Of a DNA stretch of 32,000 bases, positions 25,348 to 32,000 are shown in pieces. The stretch is from assembly GCA_963663995.1 (NCBI GenBank), contig OY760660.1, forward strand, positions 1,650,001 through 1,682,000. Direction: 5' to 3'. The translations under genes were made by a program, and so were the position numbers. The notes beneath the pieces are model-generated. The model did no database searches and was not told where the DNA came from. It saw nothing but the letters and a program-made list of their open reading frames with translations. Each line of letters starts with the position of its first letter. The first letter of the stretch is position 1. The stretch is from Erysipelotrichaceae bacterium. Its GTDB lineage: Bacteria > Bacillota_I > Bacilli_A > Erysipelotrichales > Erysipelotrichaceae.

Positions 25348-25746
25348 ATGAACTTCAAAGAAATCTTAGTCAAACATAATGTTCAACCTTCGAACTATCG
25401 AATCAAAGTATTAGAATGCTTAAGTCACCATGAAGATCATCCTACAGCAGAACAACTTTATCAAAACTTAGCTGAAGTATTTCCAACCGTCTCTAAGATG
25501 AGTGTCTATAACACCATCGAAGTTCTATTGAGTGCTGGTCTTATAAAACGTATCACGATTGAAAACAATGAAGTACGTTATGACAGTATGTTAGAAAATC
25601 ATGGGCACTTCAAATGTGGTTCTTGTGGCAAAGTCTATAACTTTGATATTGATATGAATCACTTACCTTTTAAAGGTTTAGAGAACTTCGAAATTGAACA
25701 AAAAGATGTTTACTTTAAAGGAATCTGTCCTAGTTGTAGTCATTAA
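25348..25746 (+). CDS. Fur-family metalloregulator, PerR-like
   Basis: Winged HTH (HPTAEQLYQNL...SKMSVYNTIEVLLSAGLI), HGHFKCGSCGKV and CPSC structural-zinc motifs. A PerR box lies in its own promoter and dps immediately downstream. ATG 25348 has a GAAAGGA RBS, whereas the track start 25327 lacks one. Confidence 0.8.
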   Translation: MNFKEILVKHNVQPSNYRIKVLECLSHHEDHPTAEQLYQNLAEVFPTVSKMSVYNTIEVLLSAGLIKRITIENNEVRYDSMLENHGHFKCGSCGKVYNFDIDMNHLPFKGLENFEIEQKDVYFKGICPSCSH

Positions 25747-25772
25747 ATATAAATAATTGAAAGGGGTACATT

Positions 25773-26210
25773 ATGTACAAGAAAACATGTAAGTATTTAG
25801 CGAATTTAAATGTATTAAATGTGAAGTTTCACAACATCCATTGGAATGTTGTAGGACCACAATTTGTCAGTGTTCACAATTTCACAGAGGAAGCTTATAA
25901 CGCCTTATTTGAGTACTATGATGATATTGCGGAAATCTTAAAGATGAGAAATCATTATCCACATGCATCTCTCAAAGAATATTTAGAAAGCACAAGTATT
26001 AAAGAATTAGAATCTAAAGATATCGGTGTTGAAAAAGCACTTAAAATCATCAGTGATGATTATGATGAAATGTTAGAGCTAGCCTTTGATATTCGTCGTG
26101 AGGCAGATGAACAAGGTGATGTAACACTAGTGGCGACACTTGAAGATCATATTGCAGCTTATCAAAAGAACCTTTGGTTCATTAAATCTATTCTAACTAA
26201 AGTTGGATAA
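25773..26210 (+). CDS. dps: Dps family DNA-protecting / mini-ferritin protein
   Basis: KFHNIHWNVVGPQFVSVHNFTEEAY...DDIAE contains the ferroxidase-site residues typical of Dps. GAAAGGGG RBS upstream. Confidence 0.9.
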   Translation: MYKKTCKYLANLNVLNVKFHNIHWNVVGPQFVSVHNFTEEAYNALFEYYDDIAEILKMRNHYPHASLKEYLESTSIKELESKDIGVEKALKIISDDYDEMLELAFDIRREADEQGDVTLVATLEDHIAAYQKNLWFIKSILTKVG

Positions 26211-26218
26211 TTTAGCGG

Positions 26219-26244
26219 GGAGTTTATTAATAAACTCCTTTTTT
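26219..26244 (+). terminator. Rho-independent terminator after dps
   Basis: Stem GGAGTTTA / TAAACTCC, loop TTAA, followed by T6. Confidence 0.75.
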
Positions 26245-26245
26245 G

Positions 26246-26294
26246 TTGACATGATTGTTTAAAGTGTTATATTAATTATGAACATATGTTCATA
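26246..26294 (+). promoter_or_regulatory. Promoter (TTGACA, 16 nt, extended -10 TGtTATATT) followed by a perfect 18-bp palindrome, TATGAACATATGTTCATA (26277-26294)
   Basis: -35 at 26246-26251, TG at 26265-26266, -10 at 26268-26273. The palindrome starts 4 nt after the -10, covers the expected transcription start, and ends 10 nt before ATG 26305. Its core is GAAC-ATAT-GTTC. Confidence 0.55.
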
Positions 26295-26304
26295 AAGGAA
26301 GAAA

Positions 26305-27081
26305 ATGCCAAGGCCACATAAAAAAAGATGCATCAGTGAACGACCAAAATGTAATCGATTCATACCTGAATCCGAGAACTACGATGAAATTCATTTAAGT
26401 TTAGATGAATATGAAACAATCAAGTGGATAGATGCTCAAGGTTTAAGTCAAGAGAACTGTGCAACAGTTATGAATGTCTCACGAACAACAGTACAAAGAG
26501 CTTATGCAAGCGCGAGACAAAAAATTGGTCTAGCACTCGTCAATGTATCAAGTTTAGTGATTGAAGGTGGACCCATAAACTTTGGCGCAAACATTCCTTT
26601 TAGTAAACATCAATGGAAAGACGGAGAATGTAATATGAAAATAGCCATAGGTTTAAATAATAATCAAGTATCCATGCATTTTGGATCATGTAATGATTTT
26701 AGAATTATTAATGTAGAAGATGGAAAAGTTATCAGTACAGAAGATATTCATGATGAAGTTTCAACCCATCACGATCGTCCTCAATTCTTAAAAAATTTAG
26801 GGGTTGAAGTCTTGATTTTAGGGGGGATTGGTAAAGGTGCGTATAATCGTTTAGTACCGTTAGGGATCGAAGTGTTAAATGGCTCAGGCTTAACGATTGA
26901 TGAAGCTCTTGATCAATATTTAAATAAGACATTAACTTCACCTTTACAAAGTCACGAATGTTCAGGTCATCATAATCATAAACACGAACATAAGCATGAA
27001 CACAAACACAAAGAAGGTCGTGAATGTTCAGGAAAACATAAGCACCAATCAAATGGTGTCAAGGATAATGGTAAAGAATAG
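26305..27081 (+). CDS. Fusion protein: DUF134 (UPF0251) HTH domain, NifX/NifB-like Fe-Mo-cofactor-binding-fold domain, and a His/Cys-rich tail
   Basis: The N-terminus MPRPHKKRCISERPKCNRFIPE...LSLDEYETIKWIDAQGLSQENCATVMNVSRTTVQRAY is DUF134-like. Residues ~111-215, MKIAIGLNNNQVSMHFGSCNDFRI...LILGGIGKGAYNRL, are Nitro_FeMo-Co-like. The tail is HECSGHHNHKHEHKHEHKHKEGRECSGKHKHQ. Confidence 0.75.
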   Translation: MPRPHKKRCISERPKCNRFIPESENYDEIHLSLDEYETIKWIDAQGLSQENCATVMNVSRTTVQRAYASARQKIGLALVNVSSLVIEGGPINFGANIPFSKHQWKDGECNMKIAIGLNNNQVSMHFGSCNDFRIINVEDGKVISTEDIHDEVSTHHDRPQFLKNLGVEVLILGGIGKGAYNRLVPLGIEVLNGSGLTIDEALDQYLNKTLTSPLQSHECSGHHNHKHEHKHEHKHKEGRECSGKHKHQSNGVKDNGKE

Positions 27082-27149
27082 ATTTCTTCTTGCAACATCC
27101 GAATTCTCATCATTATCCTTGCATTATTCAGCCATAACATATATCTTTT

Positions 27150-27174
27150 AAAAGGCTTAGATGAGCCTTTTTTA
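27150..27174 (+). terminator. Intrinsic terminator-like hairpin between the two NifX-like genes
   Basis: Stem AAAAGGCT / AGCCTTTT, loop TAGATG, followed by a T run. The AAGGAG RBS and ATG 27191 follow directly, leaving no room for a promoter. Confidence 0.55.
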
Positions 27175-27190
27175 TTAAGGAGATAAATTT

Positions 27191-27529
27191 ATGTTATTAG
27201 CTATTGGTTTAAATAATGAAATGGTTAGTGATAACTTTGGACTTTGTAATGATTTCAGATGTGTTGAAATTGAAGATGGAAAAGTTATTTCAATAAAAGA
27301 AATCTATAACGATGTTGAGACTCATAAACAAAGACCACCTTATCTAAAGAGCTTAGGTGTTAATGCGTTAATTATGGGTGGTTTAGGCGCAACAGCTTAT
27401 GATCTACTTGTTCTTAATGGAATTCAATGTATTGATGGACGGGGTTTAAGTGCTGATGAAGCATTAGAAGCTTATCTTAATCAATCACTAAATCAAGAGT
27501 TAAAAGGTCAAGGACCACACTGTTCATAA
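27191..27529 (+). CDS. NifX/NifB-like (Nitro_FeMo-Co fold) small protein, paralog of the C-terminal domain of the upstream gene
   Basis: 112 aa. MLLAIGLNNEMVSDNFGLCNDFRCVEIEDGKVIS...LIMGGLGATAYDLL aligns by eye along its full length with residues ~111-215 of ORF 26305, with roughly half the positions identical. Confidence 0.75.
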   Translation: MLLAIGLNNEMVSDNFGLCNDFRCVEIEDGKVISIKEIYNDVETHKQRPPYLKSLGVNALIMGGLGATAYDLLVLNGIQCIDGRGLSADEALEAYLNQSLNQELKGQGPHCS

Positions 27530-27574
27530 GCAAGGGGCTTGCATAATTCAAGATTTGTCCCTAGAATAATATTC

Positions 27575-28132
27575 ATGAGTCAAATTCAACGTTACAGTTT
27601 TATCTTTACCTTAAGTATTTTTGCTTTATCTTTTATTAATATATCTTTTGGACTGCTTGGACTGATTTGTTATTTCAGTCCTTTTATTTTGTTTATGAAA
27701 TATAAAGATAAGACTTTTTGTCGAAAATATTGTCCACGAGCCTCTTTGCTTCAAACGATTTTCTCAAGAATAGGTTTACACAGACCCATCCCAAAATGGA
27801 TGAATAATGAAAATATTAAAGAGTTCATGCTTTATTATATGGGTGCAAACTTTATCTTCGCTCTTTTATCAACTACAATGATTTTCTTAGGTCGTATCCA
27901 ACCAATGGCTTATATGCGCTTGTTTATGCTTATTCCAACACCTTGGGTATTGCCCCAAGCACTTAACTTTAATCTTCCGCCATTTTTAATCCATTATAGT
28001 TATCGTATTTTATCAATGATGTTTTCATCTATTTTACTTGGATTTATTCTAGGATTTGTCTATGCACCAAGAACATGGTGTGTTATCTGCCCTGTGAATA
28101 CTTTAAGTGTTCCTAAGAGACTAAAAGTATGA
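27575..28132 (+). CDS. Polytopic membrane protein with CxxxCP / CxxCP motifs (Fer4_5 / NapH-like 4Fe-4S-binding membrane protein)
   Basis: FCRKYCPRASLLQ and RTWCVICPVNTL sit on loops next to TM segments, as in polyferredoxin-like membrane proteins. The start was moved to ATG 27575, since the track's TTG 27539 is unsupported. Confidence 0.5.
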   Translation: MSQIQRYSFIFTLSIFALSFINISFGLLGLICYFSPFILFMKYKDKTFCRKYCPRASLLQTIFSRIGLHRPIPKWMNNENIKEFMLYYMGANFIFALLSTTMIFLGRIQPMAYMRLFMLIPTPWVLPQALNFNLPPFLIHYSYRILSMMFSSILLGFILGFVYAPRTWCVICPVNTLSVPKRLKV

Positions 28133-28473
28133 TTAATAAAAAAACGATCAATTTATTCTATTTGCTAGGCTTCATTTTTTTAGTCTATGATATTTATCAA
28201 TCAATTCTAATTCCTGCGTATTGGGAAATGTTTAAAGATTTGATTTTTATCATCATTATTGGATATATGTTATTTGTTTACCCGAAACGGAAACTCAATT
28301 TAACTGAAGATTTATTCTCTATCATATTCATTTATTTTGTTGCATATGGAGTAAAAACATTTTTAGATTCATATATCTTTGGTATAGTGGTTTCAGTTAC
28401 TTATATCGTCGGCATTATTGCTTATAAAGTTTATCGCAAAAAACATAAGTATTCATTTTACTTAAAGAAATAG
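28129..28473 (+). CDS. Small hydrophobic membrane protein, function unknown
   Basis: 114 aa with about four predicted TM segments. ATGA overlap with the upstream gene. No recognisable motif. Confidence 0.5.
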   Translation: MINKKTINLFYLLGFIFLVYDIYQSILIPAYWEMFKDLIFIIIIGYMLFVYPKRKLNLTEDLFSIIFIYFVAYGVKTFLDSYIFGIVVSVTYIVGIIAYKVYRKKHKYSFYLKK

Positions 28474-28481
28474 GTGGATTC

Positions 28482-28892
28482 ATGGAAGATTTAAAAGAAT
28501 TTTCAGGTTTTTTAATCATAGGTTCAATCGGTATATTGAGTTTTAGATATGTTTTAAAGTTTGTTTTTCAGAAGTTTGGAAAAGAAATGAGTGGAAGCTT
28601 AAGAAATAATCTGGTTAAGCTTATGACCTTTAATAAAAAGTTACATCCGTTTGTTGCTTATGCAGCTTTAATTTTTATTTTAGTGCATGTTTATATCGTG
28701 ACTGGCTTTAATCTAAAATTAAGATTTAATGAAATAACCGGATTATTGGCGGCGAGTTTCATTTTAATGAATGTTAATGTAGGGTTTATTGGTCAATATA
28801 TTGTATCTAAACCACGCCCTAAATGGTGGAAACCGATGCATCGTTTATTAACGCTTCTAAGCATTCTTCTTATTATCATTCATATTACTTAA
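28482..28892 (+). CDS. Four-TM membrane protein with two H-x13-H motifs (candidate di-heme cytochrome b-like protein)
   Basis: 136 aa. TM2 is KLHPFVAYAALIFILVHVYIV (His, 13 residues, His). TM4 is MHRLLTLLSILLIIIHIT (His, 13 residues, His). Confidence 0.45.
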   Translation: MEDLKEFSGFLIIGSIGILSFRYVLKFVFQKFGKEMSGSLRNNLVKLMTFNKKLHPFVAYAALIFILVHVYIVTGFNLKLRFNEITGLLAASFILMNVNVGFIGQYIVSKPRPKWWKPMHRLLTLLSILLIIIHIT

Positions 28893-28918
28893 AAACGATC
28901 TCCTACAGATCGTTTTTT
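28891..28918. terminator. Bidirectional rho-independent terminator between convergent genes
   Basis: Perfect 11-bp stem AAAAACGATCT / AGATCGTTTTT with loop CCTAC. An A-run sits on one side and a T-run on the other, so it can terminate both strands. Confidence 0.75.
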
Positions 28919-28923
28919 CTATA

Positions 28924-29988
28924 CTAACTATTTTTTCCACCTTGATTAGAGCTACTATTTTCTTTAGATGCAGGTGCTGATTCACTCTTGTTTGGATCAG
29001 CTTGTGAGCTATTGTCTGAACCAGGATCTTCGTTTTGTTGATTATTGTCGCTTTGATTCATTTGTGTACCATGGATCAATGCAGCATATTCAGTGATCAG
29101 AAAATCATGTAGGTCGTGTAAACCATCAATATCTGCACTCGCTAATGTTATTTCATATGTACTCACATCAATACCTTCCTCTATTAACTTATCTAAGATC
29201 GCACGAATATTAGTGATGAGTTGTTCAGATGAAATTGTTGAGATATTGAATTGATAAGTATGTTGTAGTTCACTGATTTTTTCTGTATTTGAGAATATTT
29301 CTTTAACAGTTAAATAAGATCCATCTTCTTGTAGAACTTCACCATTTATCACATATAAACCAACTGGGACATTTTTTCCGTCAGCTTCAAATTTAGTTTG
29401 AAGGTCTGTTTTAAGTTCAACCACATAGACTGAATTCAATGTTTCACTGATGTGGATGCGATCTTGAATCATGGTTTGTAGTTGATCTTGTTGTAAAACT
29501 GTACTCTCATCTGTTGCAACAGTCGTAAGTAAAATGTAATCATCTTCAATATCATCAAGATTAATAAAACCAGCAGCAGTTGCTCTTTCAACAATTGCTT
29601 CAATCGCTAAATCAACATTCATACCTATTAAGTCGGATACATCGATCGTTAGTGCATCTTCATTTAATTGGTTGATTGATTCAACGGTGTTGTCGTCATA
29701 AACACTTATTTCAAAACTTGGATTAATATCCACTGATACATATGCAATAACTGTTTTTGACTCGATAATACTTTCATTACTTGGATTATTCATTAAAGTA
29801 AAAATAAACACTGCACTTGCGACAACTGCCAAAGTCGCTAAAGCTTTAAACCATTTGTTATTCATGTTAGTGTCCCTCTTTTCTTGTTGAGAAGGGTATC
29901 CATCACGCTGAGCACGAAGATATAAGGATTTTAATGTTTCTTCTTCGTTAAAGAATATTGAGTTTTTTAAATTTTTATTCTTTTTCAT
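28924..29988 (-). CDS. Bitopic membrane protein downstream of the ECF sigma factor (candidate anti-sigma factor) with an unknown extracytoplasmic domain and a disordered Asn/Ser/Gln tail
   Basis: 354 aa. A ~45-aa cytoplasmic N-terminus, one TM (FKALATLAVVASAVFIFTLM), a ~240-aa external domain, and a low-complexity C-terminus. The call rests on position and topology only. Confidence 0.35.
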   Translation of the reverse strand: MKKNKNLKNSIFFNEEETLKSLYLRAQRDGYPSQQEKRDTNMNNKWFKALATLAVVASAVFIFTLMNNPSNESIIESKTVIAYVSVDINPSFEISVYDDNTVESINQLNEDALTIDVSDLIGMNVDLAIEAIVERATAAGFINLDDIEDDYILLTTVATDESTVLQQDQLQTMIQDRIHISETLNSVYVVELKTDLQTKFEADGKNVPVGLYVINGEVLQEDGSYLTVKEIFSNTEKISELQHTYQFNISTISSEQLITNIRAILDKLIEEGIDVSTYEITLASADIDGLHDLHDFLITEYAALIHGTQMNQSDNNQQNEDPGSDNSSQADPNKSESAPASKENSSSNQGGKNS

Positions 29989-30027
29989 GTGATTTCTTTC
30001 TTACACTACACTAGAGGGTAGTTTTCA

Positions 30028-30549
30028 TTATTTAGACGAAAATTTGTCTTTTAAATACAATAATTGTTTTTGAGCAATGCTTTTTATAGTACTTTCTTTC
30101 ATATTCAATTTTGCAGCAATTTCTCTAAAGCTAATGTCAAAACGGAATCTTGCGACAAGTATCGTTTTATCGGGCTCGCCTAGTTTATTGATTTCTTCAA
30201 ATATTGTATCAACTGTTGATGAATCTAAAATATTTGATTCAAGATCACCGGTATCTTCTATATTGTTGAAAATATAATCATCATTATATTTAAGAGTATC
30301 TTCTGATTGATGTTGTTTATAGTAAGAAGCTAAGTGATGATTCGCAATGGTTTTTAAATAAGCACTTGGATGTTCAATGGGTGAATCTGATTTTAACCAA
30401 TGTTTGTAAAAGTCGTAGAAGACATCCTGTACAATATCTTGAGCATCAGTTACGGAAGCGCATTTGAAAAGAACGTGCTTTGAAATAATCTCAAAGTTTG
30501 CATGATAGATCGCTTCAAATGCTTCATTTTGTTTCTTCATATTCTTCAT
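30028..30549 (-). CDS. RNA polymerase sigma-70 family factor, ECF-like
   Basis: 173 aa. Region 2-like AQDIVQDVFYDFYKHW and region 4 HTH ILVARFRFDISFREIAAKLNMKESTIKSIAQKQLLYLK. Confidence 0.8.
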   Translation of the reverse strand: MKNMKKQNEAFEAIYHANFEIISKHVLFKCASVTDAQDIVQDVFYDFYKHWLKSDSPIEHPSAYLKTIANHHLASYYKQHQSEDTLKYNDDYIFNNIEDTGDLESNILDSSTVDTIFEEINKLGEPDKTILVARFRFDISFREIAAKLNMKESTIKSIAQKQLLYLKDKFSSK

Positions 30550-31024
30550 CTTAACAGGTTTTTATTTCTCAATTGTTACAAAGTACTTTATAAGTAAAAT
30601 ATACCTATTTTATTAAAAAAATACCATTATATCAAAAAGATATAGGTCTATATAAAAGAAGTATAGTGAAAATAAATTCAAGACAAACTGTTATATATTT
30701 AAAAGATATCGAAGTAAATTTCATTTTATTGTAGATAATTAGAAATTAAAAAGCTAATTCATCAAAAATATTTTAAATAATGTTGGGAAATATGAAAAAA
30801 ATTTGAATTTTTAATAAAAAATCGATTGTTATAAAAATAAATATTCTCACATTGTTTCATAATGATGAAAATATTTCATTCGACACCTTAAAACGCGTAT
30901 TTTTCTGTGTACATCTATCTTTAACCTTGGTACACTGTTACAAATATCAAGCATTTTTACCATAACTTTATTGAGCTAAAGTGTGCGTTGGTATCTAATT
31001 TAACAAACTAAGGAGATAGTATCT

Positions 31025-32000
31025 ATGAGTCAAACTTATGGTGTGCCTTCAAAGCAGGGCATGTATGATCCCGTTCTAGAGAAAGATAATTGTGGTGTTG
31101 GCTTTATTGCCCATATGAAGGGAAAAAAGTCACATGATATCGTTCAACAAGGGATTCAAATTTTAGCGAATCTTCATCACCGTGGTGCTGTTGGCGCGGA
31201 TCCATTAACAGGTGATGGGGCTGGTTTATTAATACAAGTGCCACACAAATTTCTAGCTAAGAAAGTTAAAGAATGTGGTTTTGAATTACCTGCTGCAGGA
31301 GAATATGGAGTGGGTATGCTTTATCTACCACAAGAACCCAATGCGCGTAATTTTTGTGAAGGTGTTTGTGAAAAAGTCATCGCTAATGAGGGATTAAGTC
31401 TTCTAGGTTGGCGTATTGTTCCTCAAAATGTTGACGCATGTGGGACGGTTGCGGGTGGAACTAGACCCGTAGTCGAACAATTGTTCATTGCCAAGGGTGA
31501 TTTAGATGATAAAGCTTTTGAAAGAAAGTTATATGTCGTACGTAAGCAAATTGAAAAAGCAATCAATGATGCAGATCGTACGTATACAGAAAGTTTCTAT
31601 GTCTGTAGTTTATCTTCAAAAACATTAATTTATAAAGGTCAACTTTTAGCCTTCCAAATTCCTGAATTCTATCCTGATTTAGGTGATAAAGATATGGAAA
31701 GTGCGATTGCCTTAGTTCACCAAAGATACTCAACAAATACATTCCCATCTTGGGAAAGATCTCAACCATTTAGATATTTAGCTCACAATGGTGAAATTAA
31801 TACATTACGTGGAAATATCAATTGGATGAATGCCCGTGAAGGTGTTATTGAGTCTGAAGCTTTTGGGGATGACTTATATAAAGTTTATCCTGTTATCGAA
31901 GAAAATAATTCTGACTCAGCGAACTTAGATAATGTCTTAGAATTATTACTAGCGAGTGGTAAATCATTAGCACATGCGATTAGTATGCTTATACCAGAAG
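31025..32000 (+). CDS. gltB: Glutamate synthase large subunit, N-terminal amidotransferase domain (gene continues beyond the window)
   Basis: Manual translation from ATG 31025 (AAGGAG RBS at 31011-31016) gives MSQTYGVPSKQGMYDPVLEKDNCGVGFIAHMKG...HRGAVGADPLTGDGAGLL...ALVHQRYSTNTFPSWERSQPFRYLAHNGEINTLRGN. This includes the Ntn Cys after the propeptide and is classical GltB. Not in the ORF track because no stop falls inside the window. Confidence 0.93.
   Translation, partial: MSQTYGVPSKQGMYDPVLEKDNCGVGFIAHMKGKKSHDIVQQGIQILANLHHRGAVGADPLTGDGAGLLIQVPHKFLAKKVKECGFELPAAGEYGVGMLYLPQEPNARNFCEGVCEKVIANEGLSLLGWRIVPQNVDACGTVAGGTRPVVEQLFIAKGDLDDKAFERKLYVVRKQIEKAINDADRTYTESFYVCSLSSKTLIYKGQLLAFQIPEFYPDLGDKDMESAIALVHQRYSTNTFPSWERSQPFRYLAHNGEINTLRGNINWMNAREGVIESEAFGDDLYKVYPVIEENNSDSANLDNVLELLLASGKSLAHAISMLIPE

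Noticed and set aside
15005-27052. Other embedded or antisense track ORFs: 15005-15256, 16200-16406, 16831-17019, 18299-18496, 18644-18859, 20154-20360, 21984-22187, 22042-22356, 22618-22863, 23316-23570, 24365-24589, 24656-24904, 24660-24884 and 26732-27052. Also 30077-30277 and 31563-31769.
   Set aside because: Each overlaps a longer ORF that has clear family motifs. None has a convincing RBS or any recognisable domain.
30855-31024. A TnrA/GlnR box (TGTNA-N7-TNACA) or GltC-type site upstream of gltB.
   Set aside because: Candidate TGT-containing stretches, such as TGTTACAAATATCAAGC, do not satisfy the motif's second half-site. I cannot verify a GltC box without a reference matrix.
1-32000. 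Possibility of the Mollicutes-type genetic code (TGA = Trp), given the low GC and the Erysipelotrichia/Mollicutes-like feel.
   Set aside because: Conserved genes are intact under the standard code with no in-frame TGA. TGA also terminates well-defined genes at family-appropriate lengths: pilD at 3215-3217 and the ABC ATPase at 23018-23020.
1-32000. CRISPR arrays, tRNA/rRNA genes, transposases, integrases, and phage or defence-system genes.
   Set aside because: I found no regularly spaced direct repeats and no tRNA-like T-arm/acceptor patterns in intergenic regions. No ORFs carry DDE, tyrosine- or serine-recombinase, nuclease or helicase signatures. The window reads as core chromosome.

Overview
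Low-GC (about one third G+C by eye) bacterial chromosome segment using the standard code: TGA acts as a stop, for example at pilD 3215-3217 and the ABC ATPase 23018-23020. Gram-positive (Bacillota-like) hallmarks include PASTA repeats, a lipobox lipoprotein, and PerR-box and Cheo-box-like operators; I cannot assign a genus.

Contents, left to right:
1. 1-9056: a type IV pilus locus, almost all on the minus strand. Transcription order is two prepilin-like proteins, a 509-aa PilX_N-like protein, then pilC-pilM-pilN-pilO-like, pilB and pilT. The prepilin peptidase pilD is inverted in the middle.
2. 9143-12884: a YwaF-family membrane gene with a damaged-looking 5' end, and a dtxR-feoA-feoB operon ending in two tandem FeoB-associated Cys-rich mini-proteins. 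One of these is missing from the ORF track.
3. 13042-18434: a histidine phosphatase and a very large c-di-GMP signalling gene (PAS-PAS-GGDEF*-EAL-hemerythrin-GAF-PAS-PAS-GGDEF). Its first PAS domain is split off by a frameshift in an A7 tract.
4. 18516-20740: a frameshifted MFS transporter, a glutathione peroxidase and an ArsC/LMW-PTP protein.
5. 20852-24480: an FtsX-type ABC permease and ATPase translationally coupled to a six-repeat PASTA membrane protein.
6. 24586-26210: a DUF2202-like lipoprotein and a PerR-like Fur regulator plus Dps behind a near-consensus PerR box.
7. 26246-28892: an uncharacterised metal/redox cluster. It contains a DUF134-NifX fusion with a His-rich tail, a second NifX-like gene, a CxxxCP polyferredoxin-like membrane protein, a small membrane protein, and a 4-TM protein with two H-x13-H motifs. 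A perfect 18-bp palindrome with a GAAC-N4-GTTC core precedes it.
8. 28924-32000: a convergent ECF sigma with a putative anti-sigma pair, a 475-bp AT-rich intergenic region, and the 5' part of gltB.

No rRNA, tRNA, CRISPR, transposase or integrase signal was recognised. The most interesting items are the c-di-GMP/pilus link (MshEN-like motifs in PilB plus the hemerythrin-containing enzyme), the ABC-PASTA module, and the DUF134/NifX/Fe-S/di-heme membrane cluster. Three or four genes are broken at homopolymers, which may reflect assembly error rather than biology.
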